DNA of 64,000 nt from assembly GCA_002633005.1 (NCBI GenBank), contig NMRA01000291.1, positions 169,086 to 233,085 of the forward strand. The letters run 5' to 3'. Origin of the DNA: Phoronis australis (lineage: Eukaryota; Animalia; Phoronida). Positions 1 to 10,793 of the stretch are shown piece by piece (positions within the stretch are counted from its first letter, which is position 1; every line of letters starts with the position of its first letter). Under the pieces are notes generated by a model. That model had not been told where the DNA came from. It searched no databases and saw nothing but the letters and a program-made list of their open reading frames with translations. Position numbers and translations under genes: made by a program.

Positions 1-300
1 ACCATACAATAACTGTGTCACTTGACCATACAATAACTGTGTCACTTGACCATACAATAACTGTGTCACTTGACCATACAATAACTGTGTCACTTGACCA
101 TACAATAACTGTGTCACTTGACCATACAATAACTGTGTCACTTGACCATACAATAACTGTGTCACTTGACCATACAATAACTGTGTCACTTGACCATACA
201 ATAACTGTGTCACTTGACCATACAATAACTGTGTCACTTGACCATACAATAACTGTGTCACTTGACCATACATAACTGTGTCACTTGACCATACAATAAC
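1..300. repeat. 24-bp minisatellite (ACCATACAATAACTGTGTCACTTG)n, intronic, runs off the window start
   Basis: About 12 near-perfect tandem copies, with a 1-bp deletion near 270. The SLDHTITV repeat ORF is an artefact of this array. Confidence 0.97.
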
Positions 301-376
301 TTTTTGGGTTATTGAATGGCTTATATGGTATAAAGTACTGTGCAAGCTACCAACTGAATTGATACTTTGTTTCCAG

Positions 377-2028
377 AGAACTGTATTCTTTGGAAAAATG
401 TCGCTTACGGGAGAAAGCGAAGACTTTGGAGGAAGACCTCTCACTGACAAAGGCTAGCCTTACACAGGAAGTGCAATGGAAGATGGCTGCAGAGGAAAAG
501 AACAAACAGCTGTCACTGGAGAAGAGGCAGCTGATAACACAGTAAGTGGGAGTAGCATAGTGAGTGGGCGGAGTCGAATAGAGTGGGTGGGTTTAACAAA
601 GTGGGTGTGTCTTAGATAAGTGGACTTACAGGATAAAAGTGTCTAGAGGGTGTGTGGGTTATGCAGTGTTTGCTTCACTGCCTCCCGATAAACTTTGATG
701 TTAATGGTAGTCAAGTATTGTAAGTGTTATGCATCTCTTCGTTTAGAAATGCTGAATTGGAAGAGTCAGTCCGTGACAAATCCCGCCAGGTGTCAGTCCT
801 AACTGTACGTGCCAAGTATCTTGAAGATGAGACGCTCCAGCTTGAGCAGCGTGTGGCAAGTTTGACAAAGCAGAAAAGCAACCTGGACAAATTGGTGAAG
901 GATCAATCACTGCTTGTGAAACAACATGTAAGTAGGGAGGGAATGTCGTCTGCTTTTGGTTCAAATGAATGTACGTGACATGGTTTGTAAGGAACAACGA
1001 TTTCGTGAAGAAGAAGACTTGAAACATTGGAAAAAGTAAATATAACACAATAAAATAATGATAATCCTGTATGTTATCTTTAAAAAGCAGGTACATGTTT
1101 TGGTTTATTGTTGTTTTAGCTTGACATGTCATCTGGGTGCAATGGGGAAGCTGTTTTCAATTCATTTGAATGTTCTGTTGTACTCTTTATACATTGACAG
1201 TGCAGGCCCCTGTTTCATGACGAATGACTGAAGACTTTTAAGTCAGAAATTTGGTCTTACACTCCACACATTGAGTATTTCTGAGAAATATTTAATCTCA
1301 CTTTAGCAATAATACACGTCTCTGAGGGTATGCCTATACTTCTAGTTACTGAGATAATTTGTGTAAGTTATTGCTATGTTGTCATGTGCTATTAATTACA
1401 AGACTAAACCTTTATTCAGTAGTTGTGAAGTGGCAGCAAGACCAAATGTTTGTTGTAAGTCTCAAGTCACTTTTTATGAAACTGACCCCAGATCTCATCA
1501 CCTTTATTTAGTAGTTGTGAAGTGGCAGGGCAAGATCAAATGTCTGTCTTGAGTCTGAGTCACTTTTATTAAAGCTGAGCCCAGATCTCATCACTTTGTA
1601 ATAAAAGTATTTAATTTAATAATCTTTGCTGAAGTTTCAACAGAAGAATTTTATATTTCATCACGGACTTAAAGTGTGACACAACAGTAGACTAAAGCAA
1701 CTATCAGCCATACATTGTTGATAATCTCAAGGTGCATTTTTTCTTAGTTTCCAGTCTGTACTGCAGCATTATCAGAGTATCTCTTTCTTTTTCCAAGTCA
1801 TTCCATGAGCTACAACGAGCATCGTCACCCCTGTGTGAACCAGCAACGCCCTCTGTAGCTCAGACGGCCACCAGTGGGCTGGGCAATAGTCTATCATCGT
1901 CACAGGCCTGGGACCCTCACCTTCTTGATGCCATGTTAACCACAGTGACTGTTAGAGAGAGGAATCCGGAACATTCCATGAACGGCTTGAGCAGGACAAT
2001 CAGTTTTAGTGACACCAATCCTCCTTAG
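377..2028 (+). CDS. 3' exons of a coiled-coil protein gene (5' part upstream of the window)
   Basis: Exons 377-541 (ttccag|, |gtaagt; ELYSLEKCRLREKAKTLEEDL...), 747-927 (tttag|, |gtaagt; NAELEESVRDKSRQ...KQH) and ~1798-2028 (ccaag|; SFHELQRASSP...TNPP*) join in phase 2 then 0. The sequence is heptad-rich in E/K/L/Q with a Ser/Thr-rich tail. Confidence 0.75.
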
Positions 2029-2827
2029 TGACAGTTGAATGGGCGGAGTTTTGTTTCGTCCAGAGGCAACTTGGGAAAATCTAATTGTTTAATATTGTGC
2101 TGCAATGGAGGGAGGGAAGACCTGATTCGACTTATGTAAACGGGAAACATCTGCACCCACTCCTTTTATGGCCTTGTGAAGGAGAGGGGCCACAGTGGGG
2201 GTGGGCTTATATCCAAGTAAGTGAACTCTTTTGGGAGAATAAGCCTTAACTGTGGGGGAGGGCTTATACACGTTGGGATGGACTTCTACCCAAATGGGTA
2301 TTGTAATTGGTTACTGGTATGATTCTGTTTTGGAAGCCCTTGTCCCCACCCACCTGACAGAGGGGAGGAGCCAATGTGATGATGCAACCAATGATCATTT
2401 TGTTGAGAAGGAAGGCGTGTCGTGTGTCATATTAACAGCTTCCACTAGCTTGTCTAGATTCAGCCATTGCAGAATATTGAAGACTTTTATGCATTCCAGT
2501 TAATGAATTTAACATTATTTGTATCTATTTGCATGTTATGTGACTTTGATAGTTTGGATAAACCTGTTCTTGTTATAGTGTTTTCTTACTGTTGACCATA
2601 TAATAATCTTGTTGTGTCAAAACAGGAAACTTGATATTTTTAGCTTTGTACTAAACATGTTGTGTACAGATATTTTCTTTGATATTGTTTTGTTATCTAC
2701 AATTTACTGAAACACTGCACTGTGGTATTATATGAATAACAAGGTTTTCATGTTTGATTGAAACATCCGGTGTAGTTTGTTGGTCTTGCTGTATTCTTTA
2801 CAAAGTATGTGATCCTAGATTTTCAAA

Positions 2828-2930
2828 GACATAACATTTACTGAAACACTCCGTCCATAATCTTGTACACTATTTTCAGGGACATAACATTTACTGAAAC
2901 ACTCCGTCCATAATCTTGTACACTATTTTT
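2828..2930. repeat. ~52-bp tandem duplication
   Basis: gacataacatttactgaaacactccgtccataatcttgtacactatttt occurs twice in tandem. Confidence 0.85.
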
Positions 2931-3640
2931 TATTGTAATGTGTTAGTTTATGCATAACAAGGTTATCATGTGAGACGTCTAAGGTAGTTTCTTGATTTCA
3001 CTGTATCTTTTACAAAATAGATGAGTATCCCTCTTTAAGGACGTTGTTTTATCGACTCTAATCTGTCCTTAATGTAATAAGGTGTGTTATTTTTAAGGCA
3101 TCGATGGTTTTCATTTTCAGCCTTTTTCTTTTAATGCTAACAATGGATTTGATTTGGTCTTATATTTTTACAGTAATTAGTGTTTCAGAAATATCCTGTT
3201 ATAATAGACATAATTTCCATTATGTGGCTTTTTAGATATTTTACAAATGAGTTTACGGCCATCCATGGCTCATTTGATTTTGTTTTCCTTGTTATTGAAC
3301 TGACCCCTTTAATCTTGTTTGTATATTGGTGTACATTTGTTTATCAATTTTTCAGTTTTTCTAGTTTTATAGATAATTTATTTACAATGTACATACTATG
3401 GAATGTAATTTTAAATGATCGTGTATAATTAGTATTTATTGTTAAATGATATCATTTTTTATATTTATTTTATGTGCGTGTGATTTTCAGTTGAAATTTT
3501 GGTGAAATTGTTAAGAAAGTCACCTTTGTTGCCATGGTTTTAAAAGGTAATTTCTCACCTGTAATCTACCAGGGTTAATGGAATTGTATTGGAGAAGTTA
3601 AATTTTAACATCTACTCCTAATGAGGATGACTTGAAATCT

Positions 3641-3646
3641 AATAAA
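3641..3646 (+). terminator. Candidate polyadenylation signal for the coiled-coil gene
   Basis: AATAAA followed by a GT/T-rich tract (ttgtttttgtgtttg) at the end of a long U-rich 3' UTR-like region. Confidence 0.4.
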
Positions 3647-5811
3647 AAGTAAATGTCAAATTCAATTCTATTGTTTTTGTGTTTGCATGCACCAATAGTC
3701 ATTTGGAGTAAAACTATCAACATTTTGGCCTAATATTACCTGGAGGAGTTAGCATGCTGGTAAGAATTTGTGCTCCAGCAAAATGTACTGTGCCAAGTTG
3801 GCTTGGTAAGTAGACCGTTTGCCAAAGAAAAATATCTGAATTACATCGAAGGTGCACAACCCATATACATTGGGCTCATTGCACAAAACATCCGATTTGG
3901 AACTCCAGTGAACCCCTGTTATCCGTAGTCATTAGGTTCTAACCGGGAGAGGTTGCCAAGTAGGCCACATTCATTTGCTACTGGTGCTTAGCCTGTGAAC
4001 CAAGTTACTATCCACAGATAGCGTCCACAAGCATCACTGCTTCCGCTTGTGAGGCCATCTTTACCTGATCCTCTACCCAGAAGGATTGGTGATATCCTGG
4101 AGCAAGCCTGGTCATGATGTCATAATTTTCACAAAAATGCAAGGGATCAAGGTAGATGCGTATATTTAGACCCATGTAATATTCAGAGTAATGCCCCTTT
4201 TTAAAAAGATATTTCCCGCAAGTATTTCGCTGATAAGCACAAGCGCCTTTATCTCCGATTTTAGGTGCTGTCGGCTATTCCCAGCATATGCACGTTTGGG
4301 AGTTTTGTGGCTCTTTTGTTCCTCCGTAGGGATTTTCAAGTACTCAATTAACGGTTGGTTGAAAATAGTTTACATTTACAGTTTTGTAAATCAAACTTTA
4401 CTCAATTTCTATTTTATAATTTCGTCGTTTTTCACACAAGTGTTTTGTGCCTTCACATACAGGCGCTAGGCCCAAGTGCGCGCATATTAATGGTTTTGAT
4501 GATTTACACATTGATATATCATGGGCAGTCTCAAAATGCTGTCACGTGAAAATATCTTAATATTGACCTGGACCCAGTTGCATGAAAATTATAGCCATAT
4601 AGCAACAATTACGTCGTATTACTGCGCGTCACGTTGTTATTGTTAAACAAATGCACCTTACGTCATGCAACAATCAAAATTATCCAGCGGATAACTTTGA
4701 ACTTTTATGCAACCCAGCCTAGGTTCACTATCGAGACATTCTTCGCACTGAAGTTGAAACTGTTGTTGCTTTCTATACCGACGTGTGTCGGTGGTTCTGT
4801 ATTAAAAAGGAACTTACATTGTTTTAGTTGTGAATACGTGGCGTCACATTCGCTAGCGTGATAAAACGATTGTTCACTGACGTCACCAATGGCAATACGT
4901 CACGTTCCCTGCTGATGTGGCAATGGACAATGAGAAGTACTCAATATGTTAAGCCGTATGGTGCCAAGTTTTTCCCGGTTCAGTTGTTTTTGCTGCCAAA
5001 AACGTCGAGATGGCGACAGAAAGATAGCAGTGCAAGGACTCAACGTGAGTAGCCAGGGCCCTTTGCTCTGTTGTCATTTTCTGTATGACATTAAGAGAAG
5101 TCAATTCTGGCCTATGCCGGATTATTTTTTGTAAAGCCAGCACCAATTCAATTGTTTTGCTATGTGCTGCAATGCAAAGTATTGCAGCAGATGATGCACC
5201 ACACGGAATTGCTGGAAAAAAACTATTAAGGCCGGTTTAAGGATAGTCTGTAGGTGCTGCCATTTTCTAAAAACGGCACGATTAATTTTGCTTTGAAAAA
5301 TTCATCTCAACAAAGAAGAAGCTTACAAATAGTTTGTGAACCTTTCAACGCAGACGCCTGGGTTTTGTAATGTAACAACTCTCTTAACAACACCACCCAA
5401 ATCCAGGGTCCAACAAAATTGTTAAGCGCCGGAAAGATTAAAACAATATGCTGCACAGAGTACCTAGTATCTTATTATTTTAAAGAATACTAAACCCAGT
5501 TTCGTCCCGGCGAATGACTTCCAGTTTCTCATCCAACACTCTATAACATAATAATGCTCTATAACTCTAGTCAACCCTCAAAATTTAAGTTTGGAGCAAG
5601 TTCTGAATACTGATCGTGGAGCAACCATGACCATTGCTTTAGGCGAGTTACACCACAACTGTGGGGATAGCCCGCCACAAAGAGCCGTAATACCCATTCT
5701 GTGTTACACTGAGAATGTGTTTTAATAGAATCATGTTTGCACAACTCAAGTGACACGCCAATGGTGCATTGGCAGAAGACGGGACGAGGATTGGTTGAAA
5801 TGTATACTTTT

Positions 5812-6451
5812 AAAATTTTGGATAAAGACAACAATTTTTCTAAAATGTAGCGACATGTTTCGGCGGTAAAACATCCACCATTGTCAAGATTTTTTAGAGA
5901 ATGGATGAAAAGATGACTACAGATACAATACACAGAAAATTCCAAAACACGCAAAAATATCAGGATTAGCTAGCAGTCAGCGAATCACAACTCAATGGAA
6001 CAGTGTCAACAACTCATGGGAAACCTGTGCATTGAATGAGAGCGTTTCCGAACACAGAATGTGAATGGCTTCACGCAGTTTCAAGCGATAGGGGATTAGT
6101 ATCACTGTCAATAATCGTAAAGCTGTGTTCCCAACGACCTCTCTGCAGGCAGCATACTAATCGCTATCGCCTGAAACTGCGTGAAGCCATTCACATTCAG
6201 TGTTCGGAAACGCTCTCATTCAATGCACAGATTTCCCATGAGTCGTTCACACTGTTACACTGAGTTGTGATTCGCTTATTCCTAGCCAATCCTGTTCTGA
6301 TATTTTTGCGTGTTTTGGAATTTTCTGTGTATTGCACCCGTAGCCATCCTGGCATCCATTCTCTGAATAAAGCTTCAGACAATGGTGGATGTTTTACCGC
6401 CGAAACACGTTGGTACATTTTAGAAAAGTTGTTGTCTTTATTCAAACTTTA
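5812..6451. repeat. Long inverted repeat (~290-bp arms); fold-back or Penelope-like inverted terminal repeat pair
   Basis: The left arm (~5812-6101) is the imperfect reverse complement of the right arm (~6155-6451), e.g. cggcggtaaaacatccaccattgtc / gacaatggtggatgttttaccgccg. Each arm has an outward-reading hammerhead-like motif. Confidence 0.85.
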
Positions 6452-7984
6452 CTTGTGTTCGTCAGTGCGCGATCATGCGGTATACTTTAAAAGTTCTGAA
6501 ATCAACCTACTCGAAAAGGAAGCATAACTTCCATTTTTTTACCTTCAAATTGCCGAGAAATAGGAAACATGAGCAGTATTCACACAAGCACGTGTTCCTT
6601 AAGAAATTCCTCACAGTTTGATAAAATCAAGGATTTGTGTCCTCCGGTGAGATAACATGGTTTTTAGAAAAGTAATACGCTGGTTAAACACAAGTCATGA
6701 TCTAAGTAGTTCACAGTAGTCCAGTGTTTCATAAAGATGGTTTCAGTTAGAAGTGATAAATAGGCATTTCTTTTACGACCCAAACACTTTAATCACGAAA
6801 ATAAAGCAATATTAAGTCACTGCTTTCTGTCAAGAATAAGCTTTGATTTAGGCCACATACCGTTATAAAATCGCCTTGACTTTTTCCTTGCTCCTTACTC
6901 ACCTTAGATGTGATCGCTAGTCTTGAGAGGAACTAAAAGGTCGTTATTTTTTCAGAGGAAACTTTTATCATTTCAAGTCACTGGCAGTTCTTTCATAGCC
7001 TGGAAATCATTCCTCATCTGACTAATGAACAATTTAAGACCACTTTTATTATGGCAAGTGTCCTAAATCTAAGTTTGGTTTCTGACAGAAAGCACAAGCG
7101 TGATGCCGCCTTAACTTCACAACATGTATCAATTTTTCTGTTGTCATGACAACCACTGATTTTTAATATCAAGAGAAGTTGAAGGTCACCTGCCGTCAAC
7201 TTTGAGTGGCACGTCACAAACGATAGCTTTTGGACATTCTTTTTACTTATTATCACCCTGAATGAGGGGTTTGTAAGGGAAAATAAATTTTAATATGGTG
7301 TAGAAAGGTCTGATATATGGTTTGAATTTTTGAGTAACTTGTTTCATTATTTGTATTTTTGTTGTAAGCAAAAGAAAAAATGTAATAGGGCAAAGAAATT
7401 TATTAAACATCTCAAAATTTTGCTTAGCTTATCTTTATACCAAAATGATTTACTGAAAAGGAACCTAAGAAGCCCTTTAACGCTTCATACACAAACAGTG
7501 AACATGCACTGTGTGTAAATCACTGATTTTGACTCGTTTTGACACCCTTTTTTAAAGACTGTGTTCTTTCATAGTAGAATAAAAGCTGAGATATCAGCCA
7601 AATCATCAAAAAATTCCCTCTGAATACATGAATTTAGATTATGTTTATTATATAAAATTAGAGCTAAAACAATGGTTTATACATATTGTGATTGGGGCAA
7701 CCCCGTGAGTTGTTGATTGGAGCAAAATGAAAACCATTTGAGAGAAATAAAACATTTGGTGTCTATCTTGGTTTTCCTGAATTTTAGGAAAAGAAAACTA
7801 TATGTACATTTTTTTATAAATAAACATATACTCAAGTTTAAAATTTGGCGAGACTGGTGACGTAAATTAAATTGGTTTCAGACTCGGCGCCTCCTCGATA
7901 TGTCACTCCAATCCCCCCACCAACCACCCATCAGCTCTACGTAATCCCGAAGTTACCTTCCAGAAAATCCAGACTGAGGTTCTG

Positions 7985-9358
7985 ATGGGTCGCTATCCTG
8001 GTCCCTTCCCATCCCCCCCTTTCCCCCTTTTCTCTTCGTCACCCCTTGCCCTCATCCCTAAATCTCACCCTAACAGTTTTCGTCTCATTCATAACTTGTC
8101 ATACCCATCTCGTCACTCTAACTCAGTTAACTCCCTCATACCCCCTGAATTCTCCCAAGTCCAGTACCAATCCATCACGGACGCTATCCGCCTGGTTCAA
8201 CGGTTTGGGCGCCACTCCCTCATGGCTAAGACCGACATCAAGGACGCTTTTCGCATCGTACCGGTGCACCCTGACGACTACCACCTCTTAGGTCTCTCCT
8301 GGGCCAACAACTTCTACTACGACAAGTGCCTGCCATTTGGCTGTGCCTCCAGCTGCAACATCTTCGAAAAGGTCAGTTCTGCGATTCAATGGATCCTGGA
8401 AACCAAATTGAAGGTCGCCGGCGTTTCGCACTACCTCGATGACTTCTTCTTCGTGGGCCCCCCATCCTCGCCGACATGCTCCCGGGACCTCGCCTCATTC
8501 ATATCACTCTGCGACTCTCTAGGCATCCCTATCAACCACGACAAGACAATTCAGCCGACCACCTCCATCACCATTTATGGCATCCACCTTGACTCTACCA
8601 CCATGACTGCTTCTCTCCCACAGGACAAGGTGGACAGAGCTTCCAACCTCCTGCTCGACTTCCAAAAGCGCCGCAAGGTTACCCTTCGTGACCTTCAATC
8701 CCTCATTGGCCTACTAAACTTCGCCTGCTCCGTCATCGTGCCTGGCCGCGCCTTCCTGCGCCGACTCATCAACCTCACCATCGGCATTTCGCGACCAGAC
8801 CACTTTGTCACTCTCAATAAAGAAGCGAGAGCGGACCTTCGGGCTTGGTCCATCTTTCTCCGAGGCTTCAATGGGAAAACACTGTTCCTATTCGACGAGT
8901 GGACATCTTCAGACACCATCAAACTGTACTCTGATGCTGCGGGCTCCAACGGGGGTTTTGCTGCGACATTGGGAGCCTCCTGGTTTGCCTGCCCGTGGCC
9001 CGAGCACCTGCAACACCATCACATCACCTTCAAGGAACTCCTTCCGATTGTCATAGCGCTAGAACTGTGGGGTTCAAAGCTCGCCAACCACAAGATCCTC
9101 TTCCTGTGCGACAACCGTGCTGTCGTTGACATTATCAACAAGACATCCTCCCGCCACGCCCCCATTATGTCTCTTGTCCGCCGTCTGGTCATCTCCGCTC
9201 TTACCTTTAATGTTCATTTTCGGGCAAAACATATCCCCGGCTACACTAACATCATTGCTGATGCACTTTCTCGTTTCAACTTTCAGGTCGCCTTTTCCCA
9301 GGGTTATTGGCTCAGCCCTCATCCGACACCGATCCCACAGCACCTCCTGACAGAGTGA
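7985..9358 (+). CDS. Reverse transcriptase / RNase H of the DIRS/Ngaro element
   Basis: RT motifs FRLIHNLS, KTDIKDAFR, LPFG and HYLDDFF. RNase H motifs SDAA, KELLPI, CDNRAVV and HIPG.TNIIADALSR. The frame is open upstream to 7871 (GFRLG motif). Confidence 0.93.
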   Translation: MGRYPGPFPSPPFPLFSSSPLALIPKSHPNSFRLIHNLSYPSRHSNSVNSLIPPEFSQVQYQSITDAIRLVQRFGRHSLMAKTDIKDAFRIVPVHPDDYHLLGLSWANNFYYDKCLPFGCASSCNIFEKVSSAIQWILETKLKVAGVSHYLDDFFFVGPPSSPTCSRDLASFISLCDSLGIPINHDKTIQPTTSITIYGIHLDSTTMTASLPQDKVDRASNLLLDFQKRRKVTLRDLQSLIGLLNFACSVIVPGRAFLRRLINLTIGISRPDHFVTLNKEARADLRAWSIFLRGFNGKTLFLFDEWTSSDTIKLYSDAAGSNGGFAATLGASWFACPWPEHLQHHHITFKELLPIVIALELWGSKLANHKILFLCDNRAVVDIINKTSSRHAPIMSLVRRLVISALTFNVHFRAKHIPGYTNIIADALSRFNFQVAFSQGYWLSPHPTPIPQHLLTE

Positions 9359-10257
9359 CCAGACTGCTCCGGGCTTCCCTGGCCCCCTCCACGCTTCAGT
9401 CCTACACCCGCATCCTGCGTAACCTCGCACAGTTTCACCTCTCCTCTAACAACTCTCCGCTCACCTTGCCCATTAATACCTCTTTCTTGGCCATCTACAT
9501 CTCTCATCTCTTCGAATCTGGGCTTAGTAGCTCGTCTATCCAGTCCTATGTCTCTGCCATTAGCTTTGTCCACAAGCTTGACAACCTCCCTGACCCCACT
9601 TCCTCCTTTTTTATCAAAAAAATCCTAAAAGGCACTTCCAATCTGCGCCCTTCTTCTGACACACGCATGCCCATTACTTCCGCTTTGCTTCACCGCTTGT
9701 TTGACGCCTGCCCTTCTGCACTCGGCTCTTTTGCGGACTCGGTTCTCGCACGTGCTATGTTCCTCTTAGCCTTCCATGCCTTCCTGAGGGTCGGTGAATT
9801 CACAGTCACCTCCTCGCTCTCCTCCCACGTCATACAGGTCAGCGACGTCGTCTTCCCCCCCTCTGGCGATTCTGTGGTCATCACTATGCGGACCTTCAAG
9901 CACAGCTCGGGACCAGTGTCACTTACAATTCCGTCCAGCCAATCTCCCCATTGCCCAGTAGCTGCCCTAACCTTGTACTTGTCTACTTTTCAGCCCTCTC
10001 CTGGCCCCTTGTTCCAACACCTCAGTGGATCACCGGTTACCCGTTCCTGCTTCAACTCCATGTTAACTAAAGTGGTTTCCTTTGTAGGACTCGACACCAA
10101 GGCTTATACGTCTCATAGCTTTCGCATTGGCGCCGCCACCTCTGCGGCCAGCCGGGGCGTCCCTGAACCGGTGATCCAGCGCATGGGGCGCTGGAAATCT
10201 GACGCACTAAAAAACTACATTCGCATGTCTGCTTTTCCTCTTCCCCAGGCTTCTTGA
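9307..10257 (+). CDS. Tyrosine recombinase of the DIRS/Ngaro element
   Basis: SLAPSTLQSY core-binding start. Catalytic R (FLRVGE), K (RTFKH), HSFRIGAAT and GRWKSDA..Y are all present. It overlaps the RT/RH ORF in another frame. Confidence 0.93.
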   Translation: MAQPSSDTDPTAPPDRVTRLLRASLAPSTLQSYTRILRNLAQFHLSSNNSPLTLPINTSFLAIYISHLFESGLSSSSIQSYVSAISFVHKLDNLPDPTSSFFIKKILKGTSNLRPSSDTRMPITSALLHRLFDACPSALGSFADSVLARAMFLLAFHAFLRVGEFTVTSSLSSHVIQVSDVVFPPSGDSVVITMRTFKHSSGPVSLTIPSSQSPHCPVAALTLYLSTFQPSPGPLFQHLSGSPVTRSCFNSMLTKVVSFVGLDTKAYTSHSFRIGAATSAASRGVPEPVIQRMGRWKSDALKNYIRMSAFPLPQAS

Positions 10258-10793
10258 ACTCCTGGTGAGCCTGTTGTTGCAGCTCCCCACTTCTCTCACT
10301 TTGCTTTTCAGCCCCTCCCACTCCTCTGGGTCTGTGGTTTCAGCCCACTAGGTCAGGACTGTTGTTGCAGCCGGCCTCCTCCCGTTCGCAGGTCTGTTGT
10401 TGCAGCCTGTGGCCCAAGGCCTGTAGTTGCAGGCTTCAATTTCTAGTCATTAGTTCTAGTTAACTTTACTTACATTTCGTTATGTTCTTGTTTTTTATAT
10501 TCTAGACTTATGTATTCTAATTTCCTGTTATCCTGTTTAGTACCTATATTTTATCATAGTCTAACCTTGTTATTGCCCGGGTTGCGCTTCCTCGGATGGG
10601 CGATGTCAGCATTCCGTGCTGCCATTATGGCGTTTTTTGCATGCCCATCTTGCAGAGTCTTAGTTAGTTTTATCTATTACGTCATAATAAATGACAATAT
10701 TCGCAATCCTCCTCTTGTTTTACTCTGCAACATAGCTCGTGGCGTACCCCGGGCAAAATAGATTACGATAAATAAGCAATCCGTTTTATTCAG

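Larger units (their letters stand above)
7871..10760 (+). mobile_element. DIRS-order (Ngaro-like) tyrosine-recombinase retrotransposon, 5'-truncated (no gag)
   Basis: Abrupt switch to C-rich sequence at ~7871. Overlapping RT-RNaseH and YR ORFs, no methyltransferase domain after RNase H, and a structured 3' region. Confidence 0.92.

Noticed and set aside
1-300. Regular 24-bp repeats resembling a CRISPR array or a repeat protein
   Set aside because: There are no spacers, only a pure tandem array in a eukaryotic intron. The ORF exists only because the unit is a multiple of 3 with no stop.
4858-5470. Possible first exons of the kinase gene (donor-like CAAC|GTGAGT near 5044; acceptor-like TGTAG| near 5253)
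   Set aside because: No phase-consistent, stop-free path to the 10794 exon could be established by eye.
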